This document shows, one piece after another, positions 28,106 through 39,171 of a stretch of DNA of 64,000 nt. Within the stretch, counting starts at the first letter, position 1. Each line of letters opens with the position of its first letter. Origin of the DNA: Deltaproteobacteria bacterium (GTDB lineage: Bacteria > Myxococcota_A > Polyangia > Fen-1088); contig JANRKS010000008.1 of the NCBI GenBank assembly GCA_033763315.1, positions 64,001 through 128,000 of the forward strand, in the 5' to 3' direction. Position numbers and translations under genes: made by a program. Below the pieces are notes generated by a model that was given only the letters and a program-made list of their open reading frames with translations, did no database searches and was not told where the DNA came from.

Positions 28106-28161
28106 CCTTTTCGCTGCGGGCCGCTTCCGCACCCCGCCGCCCAAACTCTGCCTAAACGAGC

Positions 28162-28183
28162 GGGGCCACGGCGTGGTGGCCCC
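28162..28183 (+). terminator. GC-rich hairpin downstream of wcaJ
   Basis: GGGGCCAC-ggcgtg-GTGGCCCC, weak U-tract. Confidence 0.35.
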
Positions 28184-28215
28184 CCTTGTGGTAAAGGCAA
28201 GGCCAATGACGGCCC

Positions 28216-29049
28216 ATGGCAATTAATTGGTATCCCGGTCACATGGCGACGGCGCGCAAGGCGGCCGCCGAAACGATGCGCAAAGTGGACCTCGTGATCG
28301 AGGTGCTTGACGCGCGCGTTCCGCATTCAAGCTGCAACCCCGTGTTCGAGGCGCTGCGGCGGCAAGGCAATAAACCCGCATTGAAACTTCTGAATAAGGC
28401 CGACGCCGCGGATCCCGCTCAAACCGAGTGGTGGCTGCAACACTACAAGGAACAACCTGGATCCAACGCGATCGCTTTGTGTGCCAAGCGGCCCCACGAC
28501 GTGCGCCGCCTGCCCGCGCTCTGCCAGGCGTTGCTTCCCGATCGCTGCACGTCGGAAAAGCCGCTACGCATGATGATCTTGGGTGTGCCCAACGTGGGAA
28601 AATCCACGCTGATGAATGCGTTGTTGAACCGCCACGTGGCCAACGTGGGCGATGAACCGGCCGTGACGAAAATGCAGATGTTTCACCAGCTGACGCCCGC
28701 CATGAGCTTGATCGACACACCCGGCATGTTGTGGCCAGGTATGACACAGGAAGCTTCATACAAGCTGGCCGCCACCCACAGCATCGGCCGCGCGGCCTAT
28801 GAAGATGAAGATGTGGCCGTTGATCTCGGGCGGCGTCTGTTGGCGCTTTATCCCGCTTTGTTGTCACAACGTTATGGTGAGCTGCCGCCCCATGGCGATG
28901 CGCACGCGCTGTTGGATCACATCGCGAACTTGCGCAAATTCGTCAAAAAAGGGGGCGGCGCGCCCGACGTAGCCAAGGCCTCTGTGGCTTTGTTAAATGA
29001 ATTTCGCGAAGGGAAGCTGGGCCCCATCACGCTGGATCGCGTGCCATGA
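28216..29049 (+). CDS. ylqF: Ribosome biogenesis GTPase YlqF/RbgA
   Basis: INWYPGHM, EVLDARVP.SS.NP, LNKAD, GVPNVGKSTL, DTPG (circularly permuted GTPase). Confidence 0.93.
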   Translation: MAINWYPGHMATARKAAAETMRKVDLVIEVLDARVPHSSCNPVFEALRRQGNKPALKLLNKADAADPAQTEWWLQHYKEQPGSNAIALCAKRPHDVRRLPALCQALLPDRCTSEKPLRMMILGVPNVGKSTLMNALLNRHVANVGDEPAVTKMQMFHQLTPAMSLIDTPGMLWPGMTQEASYKLAATHSIGRAAYEDEDVAVDLGRRLLALYPALLSQRYGELPPHGDAHALLDHIANLRKFVKKGGGAPDVAKASVALLNEFREGKLGPITLDRVP

Positions 29050-30332
29050 GCCAGGACGAATTCTCGTCACCCGCCGAAACGTTCGCGGTCTTAGGGTTGG
29101 CGGAGCCCTTGTTGCGCGCCACGCAGCAACTTGGATTCACGCACCCGACGCCCGTGCAAGCTCAAGCCATTCCCGCCATCTTGCGCGGACTTGATGTGTG
29201 GGCGTCCGCCAAAACAGGTTCGGGCAAGACAGCGGCATTTGTGTTGCCCATGTTGCACATGCTGCGCGCCCGGCAACGCATAGTCATGCACCCCACGCCA
29301 GTGTTCGCTTTGGTGTTGTCGCCCACGCGTGAGCTGGCGATGCAAACCGCACAAGTCGTGAATGAGCTCAGCCGCACGATGGAGACGCCCCCGAAAGTGT
29401 GCGTGGCCGTCGGCGGCGTTTCGATCAACCCGCAGATGATGGACCTGCGTGGCGGCGCCGATGTGGTGGTGGCCACGCCAGGGCGCCTATTGGATTTGGT
29501 GGATCAGAACGCGTTGGAGCTTTCCGCCGTCAAGCAGCTCGTGCTTGATGAGGCTGACCGCTTGTTGTCACTCGGATTCACGGATGAGCTCGCGCGGGTG
29601 TTTGAGCTGCTACCCGAACACTGCCAAAAATTGCTGTTTTCGGCCACATTTCCGCCGGCCGTGCGCAAGCCTGTGCAGGCGCTTTTGCACGAGCCGGTCG
29701 CCATCAACATCGACGCAGGGGCTCTGCCTGATGTCAGCGCCATCAAACAGCGTGTGATCGAGGTCGACGACACAAAGCGTGGCCGTTTGCTGCAGCACTT
29801 GGTGAAAACGCACGAATGGCCTTCGGTGCTTGTGTTTGTGGCCACGCAATACGCCGCCGAGCACGTCACGAAGAAGCTGTTGCGCGATGGGTTCACGGCG
29901 GCGGATTTGCACGGCGAGCTGAGCCAAACGGCGCGGACGCAAGCGCTGGAAGATTTTAAGGCGGCGGATTTGCAGATCCTTGTGGCCACCGACCTCGCAT
30001 CTCGCGGCCTCGACATCGAACAGCTAAGCGCCGTGATCAATTACGATTTGCCGCGCTCACCTGCAGATTACTTGCATCGAATCGGACGCACGGGCCGCGC
30101 AGGACAATCAGGCGTGGCCGTGACGTTCATCAACGCCGCCACCAGTTCACACATGCGCCTCATCGAAAAGCGTCATGGCCTCACCTTGCCCCGCGAGACC
30201 ATCGCCGGCTTTCCGCCCACCGCCAACACGCCCGCGCCCGCCAACCCGCATGGTGGCATCAAAGGCAAGCGCAAGAGCAAGAAAGACAAGCTGCGCGAGG
30301 CTGCGGCCAAGGGGGAAACGTCTCAATCCTGA
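29046..30332 (+). CDS. DEAD-box RNA helicase (RhlE-like)
   Basis: PTPVQ, AKTGSGKT, PTRELA, TPGRL, DEAD, SAT, HRIGRTGRA, basic tail. Confidence 0.92.
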   Translation: MSQDEFSSPAETFAVLGLAEPLLRATQQLGFTHPTPVQAQAIPAILRGLDVWASAKTGSGKTAAFVLPMLHMLRARQRIVMHPTPVFALVLSPTRELAMQTAQVVNELSRTMETPPKVCVAVGGVSINPQMMDLRGGADVVVATPGRLLDLVDQNALELSAVKQLVLDEADRLLSLGFTDELARVFELLPEHCQKLLFSATFPPAVRKPVQALLHEPVAINIDAGALPDVSAIKQRVIEVDDTKRGRLLQHLVKTHEWPSVLVFVATQYAAEHVTKKLLRDGFTAADLHGELSQTARTQALEDFKAADLQILVATDLASRGLDIEQLSAVINYDLPRSPADYLHRIGRTGRAGQSGVAVTFINAATSSHMRLIEKRHGLTLPRETIAGFPPTANTPAPANPHGGIKGKRKSKKDKLREAAAKGETSQS

Positions 30333-30368
30333 CCCGGCAGGTCCAAGACGCTCCCCCAACCCAACCGC

Positions 30369-32345
<1,977 letters not shown>

Positions 32346-32357
32346 AACGTTGTCTCC

Positions 32358-32663
32358 TTAAATAGTCGGCTTCACGGCAAACGGCTGTGGGGCGCCTTCC
32401 GCGGGGCCCCAGGTGGCATCCACGCGAACAACGTGCGCGGTTCGAGGTCCCTGGCGCAAAAACGCGAGGAACTCATTGAGAATGTTTGGGTGGCCTTCGG
32501 CAACCACCTCCACGGTGCCTTCATGGCGGTTGCGCACCCAACCGGCCAACTTCAGCCGCAGCGCTTGCTCATGCGTCGTGGCGCGAAAGCCGACGTTCTG
32601 TACGCGGCCCACAACCACCGCGTGTAAACGTTGTACTTCCGGCACGGCAGACGCCGCTGTCAC
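32358..32663 (-). CDS. acyP: Acylphosphatase
   Basis: VVGRVQNVGFR, GWVRN..GTVEVVAEG, GP. GTG start overlaps the upstream stop. Confidence 0.9.
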   Translation of the reverse strand: MTAASAVPEVQRLHAVVVGRVQNVGFRATTHEQALRLKLAGWVRNRHEGTVEVVAEGHPNILNEFLAFLRQGPRTAHVVRVDATWGPAEGAPQPFAVKPTI

Positions 32664-34123
32664 GGCTGAACCTCGATTGTGCAGGTCTTCGCTTGCACCG
32701 AAGTGGGGAACAACACGCCGTTGCTGGCCTCCGCTTGCCGGCCATCGGCGCGCAGCCAATGCAGTTTCACGCCGCCCTCAGGTGGCACCACGCTTGCGAG
32801 CGCCACTTGACCGAGCGGTTCGATCAACACGTCGGTCATTCGCCCCGGCGCTGACGATACCGAAACGGGACCTTCGGCGCCCACCGCGAACAGCTGTGTG
32901 CCCTCAGCCGTGAGTGCGGCCACCATCACCTGCGCCAACTGCGGAGGCCGCCGGATCGCCGCGCCACTTGGCAAAGGACGCGTGCGTGAAACACCCAACG
33001 TTGTGGGCTCGCCCGCAGGCAATGAATAAGATTTTCCCAACGTAAGCTTCACGCCGTCGCCCACTGACTGCACCGTAAGTGCTTGCACACGCGTGGGACG
33101 TACGCCCAATGATTCGCTGCCGGCGCGTGCGCCTGAGGCCACCCACAAGGTGTCGCCCTCCACCGAGAAACCAAGGTCGATCAACGAAGGCGCGCGCACG
33201 CTCGGGTCCACCACCACGCTGGCCACAACCGGTGCAGCGTCGCTGTTTTGCAAAGACAAAAGCACCACGCGGTTGCCGCGATCTAAGGGCAACGCAAGAA
33301 AGCGGCCGTCCGGGCTCACCGCGGCCACGACGGGCTGCCCCGCCAATGCCTCTGCGATGTCATCCGGCAAAGCCCGCGGGCGGCCGCGCGGGGGGCGCAC
33401 GGCTGATGAGGTTCGCAACACCATGACGTCATGAGCGCGAACGATCGCCAATACGGGCGCACCGGCGGCTGCGGCCAAAGCGAGCACCGGTGTGCCTTCG
33501 AGCTCAAGCGCAAACGCAGACGCGGGGCCCTTTTGCGTGGTCACGTCAAACACCGTTAAGCGACGCGCGGCCGCGTCCACACTGTAAGCGGCGCGTCCGT
33601 CAGAGGAGAACGCAAGCTTCGTCACTGAAGGTGAGCTCGCCACCACGGGCGCTGGCGCCTTGCCCGCCACGGGCATCGCCAGCCATTGCAGGGCGCCGTC
33701 GTTGGTCCATGCGGCCGCGAAACGACGCACGTTCAGTGGCACCTCGGCCACGCCCGCGCGTGTGCGTACTTGCAGCGTTTGCGGGCCCGTGCCCACGCCG
33801 GGCGGCACACGCACCACAATTCCTGCATCGGCCGTGCGGGCTTGGACAAACGCGGGCAAGCCACCGATCAAAACCGTGGGCTGCCGGCCAAAGGCGGTGC
33901 CCTGGATCCACAAGCCCTCGCCCACGACTGCCACGCCATCGCCTGGCAGGCCCGTGATATTGCCGGGCACCATGATGTCGGCGCCCCCCAACTCTTGTAT
34001 AGCCGCGATCGCAGGCTGGCCTTCGGCCTCAGCGAGATCGCGCGTGTTAACGATCTGCCCCGCAGGCAAGTGCGCGCACGACGCGAGGCCCAACCCACAC
34101 AACATCCACAGGCGGCGCTTCAT
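32660..34123 (-). CDS. Lipoprotein with IPT/TIG-like domain and beta-propeller
   Basis: Lipobox LASC, IQGTAFG..PTVLIGG..IVVRVPPG, propeller blades FSSDGR, VSPDGR, FSVEGD. Confidence 0.65.
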   Translation of the reverse strand: MKRRLWMLCGLGLASCAHLPAGQIVNTRDLAEAEGQPAIAAIQELGGADIMVPGNITGLPGDGVAVVGEGLWIQGTAFGRQPTVLIGGLPAFVQARTADAGIVVRVPPGVGTGPQTLQVRTRAGVAEVPLNVRRFAAAWTNDGALQWLAMPVAGKAPAPVVASSPSVTKLAFSSDGRAAYSVDAAARRLTVFDVTTQKGPASAFALELEGTPVLALAAAAGAPVLAIVRAHDVMVLRTSSAVRPPRGRPRALPDDIAEALAGQPVVAAVSPDGRFLALPLDRGNRVVLLSLQNSDAAPVVASVVVDPSVRAPSLIDLGFSVEGDTLWVASGARAGSESLGVRPTRVQALTVQSVGDGVKLTLGKSYSLPAGEPTTLGVSRTRPLPSGAAIRRPPQLAQVMVAALTAEGTQLFAVGAEGPVSVSSAPGRMTDVLIEPLGQVALASVVPPEGGVKLHWLRADGRQAEASNGVLFPTSVQAKTCTIEVQP

Positions 34124-34362
34124 GCGGCTCCTTCCGTCACCCGGATGCTGACCAAGTTGTTGGGCACCAAAGGCAACTCGGCGAAGCGGGCGATCACCCG
34201 CAGCGTTTGATCAAACAACTCAACGCTTGAAAGCACCGCATAGTGCACGGGGCCTTGCGCGGGCTCAACCCCCGACAGATACCCCACCAACCGCACGCCG
34301 GTGTCGTATTCGAAGGTGACACGGTGGCTAACCATGTCGCGCAGTTGTCGGTAATCGGGCAT
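34120..34362 (-). CDS. Small protein with Sm/LSm-like sequence pattern
   Basis: ATGA-coupled to the next gene. Pattern L..mv.hrVt....G..lvG.L.gv....vL..ve....l.l..nnlvsi. Confidence 0.6.
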   Translation of the reverse strand: MPDYRQLRDMVSHRVTFEYDTGVRLVGYLSGVEPAQGPVHYAVLSSVELFDQTLRVIARFAELPLVPNNLVSIRVTEGAA

Positions 34363-34442
34363 GCCGGAAAGGGGCGACTTTAACCCACGGGGTCACGCTG
34401 GCAAACCGCCATTTCGCGTAACCCTACGTGCGTTGCCTGGTG

Positions 34443-35132
34443 TTAAGGGTGACCCGCGGGGAGGCCGCCATGGGGGTTACCGCCACCGTGGGGAGGCATG
34501 CCGCCCGGACCACCGGGAGCGCCCAAGACCTTGTCTTCCGTTTGCAACGTCTCAAGCGGCAAAGTCACGTCCTTAGAACCCACCTTGACGCCTTGAACCT
34601 CACCGAACACGTCGCCCTTGCGACGGGTCATCGGATCGCCGTCTTTATCCAAGCGAATGGAAAGGTTCACCTCGCCATCGAATTTCATGCCCGGAATCAT
34701 GGCGTCGCGGCTGCTCACGGCAAACGGCATCGGGAAATCTTCCACCATCAACTTCTGCACCGCCAGCATGGATCCCGGTCCGGGAGGGCCACCCGCGCGG
34801 CGGGCGATGAGGAACATCACGTCGCCCTTTTTCACGTCCTTTTTGCGCGCTTTGGCCACCACGATGGTTCCCGTGATGGAATCTTCCGCTTTGGCCTCTT
34901 CGGGCACGGCCTCGGCGGCCGCCACCTCGGCGTCGGGCGGGGCGGCTGGCGGCGCCGGGGCTTTCATCTCCGCTGGGGCTGGAGGAAGAGCCGCCGGCTT
35001 GTCCGCGGGGGCCTCTGATTTACAGGCCCCGAGGGTCAAACCAACCGCAAGGGTCAAACCAACCGAGAGGGGCAAACCAACCGAGAGGGGCAACCGACTG
35101 ACGGCAAACGACAACATCGAAGAAGCGCGCAT
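34443..35132 (-). CDS. Lipoprotein with CycH/CcmI C-terminal Ig-like domain
   Basis: Lipobox LGAC, FLIAR...LAVQK..FP..F.....AMIPG..RLDKDGD, terminal LPAGHP. Confidence 0.7.
   Translation of the reverse strand: MRASSMLSFAVSRLPLSVGLPLSVGLTLAVGLTLGACKSEAPADKPAALPPAPAEMKAPAPPAAPPDAEVAAAEAVPEEAKAEDSITGTIVVAKARKKDVKKGDVMFLIARRAGGPPGPGSMLAVQKLMVEDFPMPFAVSSRDAMIPGMKFDGEVNLSIRLDKDGDPMTRRKGDVFGEVQGVKVGSKDVTLPLETLQTEDKVLGAPGGPGGMPPHGGGNPHGGLPAGHP
35032..35095. repeat. 18-bp tandem repeat (about 3.5 copies) in the signal-peptide coding region
   Basis: agggtcaaaccaaccgca / agggtcaaaccaaccgag / aggggcaaaccaaccgag / aggggcaacc, encoding LPLSVG-LPLSVG-LTLAVG-LTL. Confidence 0.9.
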
Positions 35133-35221
35133 AACGGCAAACTACAGCAGTCGCCTGCCTTTGTCAGTGACATAGCGGGGCCCGTAACGGCAGCGCCGCC
35201 TGCTATACCCCACGCCGAATT

Positions 35222-35941
35222 ATGTCGTCAGGCCCCATCCGCGCCCGCCTTTCATCTATGGTCAAGGTTTCCCGCGACGTCACCGACCTTCGCTTCGCCT
35301 TGGAAACGCCCCCAGTTTTGGACTTCAAACCAGGGCAATTCGTCACGTTCGCGGTGGGCAAAGACGACAAGAATCAGCCGATCCGCCGCAGCTATTCGTT
35401 GGCGGGCCTGGCCACCCGCGGCCACGAGCTGCGCATGCTGGTCAAGCTGCTGCCCGATGGCGCCGCCGGTGAGTTCTTCGCTAGCTTGGCGGCGGACACC
35501 GTGGTGGAGATGACGGGCCCGCACGGCTTCTTTGTGCTTGATGCCGTGCACGAGGGCGACGTGGTGCTGGCGGCCACCGGCACGGGCTTAGCGCCGATCT
35601 TGCCCATGCTGCACGACCTGGCCCAGCGCCAGGAGGTAGGACATCGCTACGTCTACTGGGGTTTGCGCGGCGAGGACGACCTATTTTTGTACGACGAGCT
35701 GCTGGCGCTGTGCGAAGCCGCACAAGCGGAGCTGTTCGTGTTTTTGTCGCAAGGCTCGGACGCGTGGACCGGCTTGCGCGGCCGCATCACCATCCCGATT
35801 CTGGAGCGGCTGCCCCTCCTCAAAGAGCCCACCTTCTATATGGTGGGCAACGGCGCCATGATCCGCGAGCTGAAGCAGGAGCTGATGGACCGCGGAATCA
35901 ACCGCAAGAAGCAGATCCGCACAGAAGCCTTCTTCGATTAG
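35222..35941 (+). CDS. FAD/NAD(P)-binding oxidoreductase (ferredoxin-NADP reductase-like)
   Basis: FKPGQF, RRSYSL, GPHG.F, ATGTGLAPI, terminal EAF. The usual CG motif is replaced by VGN. Confidence 0.85.
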   Translation: MSSGPIRARLSSMVKVSRDVTDLRFALETPPVLDFKPGQFVTFAVGKDDKNQPIRRSYSLAGLATRGHELRMLVKLLPDGAAGEFFASLAADTVVEMTGPHGFFVLDAVHEGDVVLAATGTGLAPILPMLHDLAQRQEVGHRYVYWGLRGEDDLFLYDELLALCEAAQAELFVFLSQGSDAWTGLRGRITIPILERLPLLKEPTFYMVGNGAMIRELKQELMDRGINRKKQIRTEAFFD

Positions 35942-35960
35942 GCTTACAATCCCCTGGCGT

Positions 35961-37259
35961 ATGGGTAAGCCCGTTTGCTCGCCAGGCCGTCGTTGCCAAG
36001 CCCTTGTGATTGCACAAGTGGCAATGGCGTTTGCGGGGTGTGAGCCAGGTGCGCCGCAGCCTGAGTTGGAAGCGATCGAGCCCCAGCAGGGATACACAGA
36101 TCAAGTGACACCTGTGAAACTGCGCGGCCGCAATTTTATCCCGGCCTACGTGTTCGACCTTGAGCAGGATCTACAGTTTGCCCGCACTCAAGGCTTCTCT
36201 GGCGTGGTCGGCAACGCCACCACCACCGCGTCACTGCGAAACGTCGTGTGGCGTTCGGCTTCATTATTGGAGGCCACGCTCGATAAGGGCTTGGCCGGTC
36301 CGGCCACGGCGTACACGGTGAATCTGCAGGATCCGCGGGGGCAAACCGCGGTCTTGCCCAATGGCTTTGTGTCATTGGGGCCAGACACGGTGGCACCTGA
36401 AATCATCGTCAACACGCCAGGCAACCGTCCTGTAGCGCCCGGCAACACGGTACGCGTGGATTTCACCGCGCGAGATCTTGGGCCGGGCAGCCTGGCCGCC
36501 GTGATCTACAACGTGGCCAATGGTGGCAAGGTCTTGGCGAACGGCAGCTGCGCGTTGGCACCCGCGGGCGGGCCCACCGGTTGCGCCTTCGACGCCTCGG
36601 TACCGCCCACGGCGATGCTCAATGACCTATTCACGATCACGTTGACCGCCATTGATGCCTCAGCGCAAGCGAACAGCCGTGTGGTGACGTTGCCCTTCGT
36701 GCTGACCGCAAACCCCGTGTTGCAGCAGATCTCGCCGCAGCAAGGCAGCACCGCAGGCGGCACGGACGTGGTGGTGCGGGGCGCGTTCCTGCCACCCGAC
36801 GCTCAAGTGTTCGTGGGCGGCAAACCGCTGCTTCCTGACGGCGGCACGTGGCTCGATTCGTCGACCATCGTTGGCCGCACGCCACCAGGTGTCGTGGGAC
36901 GCGCTGGTGTGGAAATTCGGGCGCTCACGGGTAAATCACAGCTGTTGCCTTCGCAAGATTTCGCATACATCGACCAACTCAAGATCAGCGATGTGAGTCC
37001 CGCGCAATCACCCTCTGCCGGCGGGGCCCTGGTGACGATCACAGGCCAAGGCATCACACCGTTGACCGTCATCATTTTTGGCGATCGGCCAACAACTGGC
37101 TCGCCCCTTCTGCAACCCCAACCCAAGGGACTTAACACGATCGTGGGCGTGGCACCGCCCGGCGTGGGAAGCACTTTGGTGTGGGCGGTGGATCCGGTGC
37201 TGGGCAAGGCCCGCTGGAGCGGCACATTCACGTGGGTGAACGCCGGGGGGTCACCGTGA
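35961..37259 (+). CDS. Lipoprotein with multiple IPT/TIG and Ig-like domains
   Basis: Lipobox FAGC. Repeats IEPQQG..VKLRG.NF, ISPQQGSTAGGTDVVVRG and VSPAQSPSAGGALVTITG. Confidence 0.78.
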   Translation: MGKPVCSPGRRCQALVIAQVAMAFAGCEPGAPQPELEAIEPQQGYTDQVTPVKLRGRNFIPAYVFDLEQDLQFARTQGFSGVVGNATTTASLRNVVWRSASLLEATLDKGLAGPATAYTVNLQDPRGQTAVLPNGFVSLGPDTVAPEIIVNTPGNRPVAPGNTVRVDFTARDLGPGSLAAVIYNVANGGKVLANGSCALAPAGGPTGCAFDASVPPTAMLNDLFTITLTAIDASAQANSRVVTLPFVLTANPVLQQISPQQGSTAGGTDVVVRGAFLPPDAQVFVGGKPLLPDGGTWLDSSTIVGRTPPGVVGRAGVEIRALTGKSQLLPSQDFAYIDQLKISDVSPAQSPSAGGALVTITGQGITPLTVIIFGDRPTTGSPLLQPQPKGLNTIVGVAPPGVGSTLVWAVDPVLGKARWSGTFTWVNAGGSP

Positions 37260-39169
37260 AGCTGCAGGGCAAGTTCATCATCCTTGCCGTTGGCGTGTGC
37301 ACAATTCCCGTCGCGATCGCCGGCTATTTTGCGGCACGCATCGGCCAAGCCGCCATCCGTGATTCAATCGAAGCGCAAGAACAAGCGGTGGCCATTCAAG
37401 TGGCTGAATATGTGGCCGGCGAACTGGCGCAAATCGAAGAGTTGTTGCGGGTGCAATCGCGCGTTGTGGATCTGACACACCGGGGAACCGAGCCGCCGTC
37501 CGCACAACGCCTGCAGAAATTCTTGCAGTTCATCTACCATCAAAAAGAAGTGTTCAGCGTCGTGGGCGTTTACACGATGGATGGCACACCGCTGGCGCCG
37601 CCCGCATACCAAGAACGGCCACGCGCCAACGAAGCGCTTGGGCAGCACGACGCCATGACGGCCGACGACGCGGCACAGGTGCCCAAGCGCGCACCTATGC
37701 TTGAAGTGCAGAAGGAGCGCGTGTCCACAAGCGAAGTGTTTCTGGCGGGCCCGCAAGGCCACCCGCAAATGATTTTGGCGCTGCCGTTTGAGACCTTGCC
37801 CGATGAACCACCGCAAGCCATCTTGGCGCAGATCTCGTTGCGGCCGATGGCGCGTTATCTGCGCAACATGGAAGGCGAAGACCGAACATTGATGTTGTTG
37901 GATCGAGCGTCCCGCGTTGTTGCCACGTCAACATCCGACGAGCAGCCGCGCTTGCGCGCCAAGATCATTCCCAACGGTTTGCCCGGCACCTTGCCCGACA
38001 ACCCGTTCGTCGCGGCATTCCGCTCCGACGGCGGCAAACGCGTGGTTGGCGCGTTCGCCCCAGCGGCGCCATACCATCTGGGCATCAGCAGCGAACGGCC
38101 CTTGTCGCAAGCGCTTGAGCCTGTGAGCCGCATGGGTTTTGCGACCTTGTATTGGGTTTCGATCTCAGGCTTTCTCGCGGCGCTGGTGGCTGCCTGGTTG
38201 GGGCGCAACCTATCCCGCCGCATCACCGACCTTGCCGATGCCGCACGCAACGTTTCGCAGGGCCGTCTCGACACACAGCTGCAGGTGCGCACCCGCGACG
38301 AATTGGGCGACTTGGCAAAAGCGTTCAACGCCATGACCACGTCGTTGGACGCGGCCAGGCAAGAAATCTTGCGGCAAACGCGAGAGATCAAAAACTGGAA
38401 CCGCAACCTTGAACGTCGGGTGGACGAAAAAACCGAACAGCTGCAGCAAGCGCAAGATTTGTTGCTGCGGTCGCGATCGCTGGCTGCCATTGGTGTATTG
38501 GGCTCTGGCGTGGCGCACGAGATCAACAACCCTTTGGCGGGTGTTTTGGGTCTGTCGCAATTGGTGCTGGCGGATATGACGGATGATCACCCTTGGCGCC
38601 CGATGATTAAAGACATCGAAGATCAGGCGCTCCGCATTCGGCACATCGTCTCGAACCTTTTGCGGCTGTCGCAGCGCCAGGTGGGCGAGGATTTCCACGC
38701 CGTGGATCTAGCGCACGTTGTGGATGACGCCCTCGAACTTTCGAGCGCCTCTGGCTTGGCGGAAGCGCACATCCGCGTGGACAAACGCATCGTGAGCCCC
38801 AGCCCGCCAATCCGCGGCAGCGCGTTTCAATTGCAAGCCGCGATCATTCACATCATCAAGAATGCATGCACTGCCATGGAGGAACGTGGGGGCGTGTTGA
38901 CGCTTGAAACGTCCTTACCGGCGGCCAAACTCTTGCAACTTCGCATCTCTGATACCGGCCAGGGCATCGCGCCTGAGAATCTGTCGCGCATTTTCGACCC
39001 GTTCTTCACCACGAAAAAACGCTGGGACGAAACCGGCATGGGGCTGGCGGTGGTGCACAAGATCATTGAGGACCATGGTGGCCAAATCCGCGCGGAAAGC
39101 CAACTGGGACAGGGCACAAGCTTCTTCTTAACGTTCCCGCTCGACGTGGGCGACAAGGTGCTGCAGTAG
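37256..39169 (+). CDS. Membrane sensor histidine kinase (Cache-like, HAMP, HisKA, HATPase)
   Basis: Two TMs, HAMP DELGDLAKAFNAM, GVAHEINNPL, DTGQGI, FDPFFTTK, TGMGL. Confidence 0.92.
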   Translation: MKLQGKFIILAVGVCTIPVAIAGYFAARIGQAAIRDSIEAQEQAVAIQVAEYVAGELAQIEELLRVQSRVVDLTHRGTEPPSAQRLQKFLQFIYHQKEVFSVVGVYTMDGTPLAPPAYQERPRANEALGQHDAMTADDAAQVPKRAPMLEVQKERVSTSEVFLAGPQGHPQMILALPFETLPDEPPQAILAQISLRPMARYLRNMEGEDRTLMLLDRASRVVATSTSDEQPRLRAKIIPNGLPGTLPDNPFVAAFRSDGGKRVVGAFAPAAPYHLGISSERPLSQALEPVSRMGFATLYWVSISGFLAALVAAWLGRNLSRRITDLADAARNVSQGRLDTQLQVRTRDELGDLAKAFNAMTTSLDAARQEILRQTREIKNWNRNLERRVDEKTEQLQQAQDLLLRSRSLAAIGVLGSGVAHEINNPLAGVLGLSQLVLADMTDDHPWRPMIKDIEDQALRIRHIVSNLLRLSQRQVGEDFHAVDLAHVVDDALELSSASGLAEAHIRVDKRIVSPSPPIRGSAFQLQAAIIHIIKNACTAMEERGGVLTLETSLPAAKLLQLRISDTGQGIAPENLSRIFDPFFTTKKRWDETGMGLAVVHKIIEDHGGQIRAESQLGQGTSFFLTFPLDVGDKVLQ

Positions 39170-39171
39170 CC

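Noticed and set aside
34391-34420. GGTCACGCTGGCAAACC resembling the start of a c-di-GMP-I riboswitch
   Set aside because: It lacks the GNRA-capped stem and the downstream GCAAA element, and no + strand gene follows.
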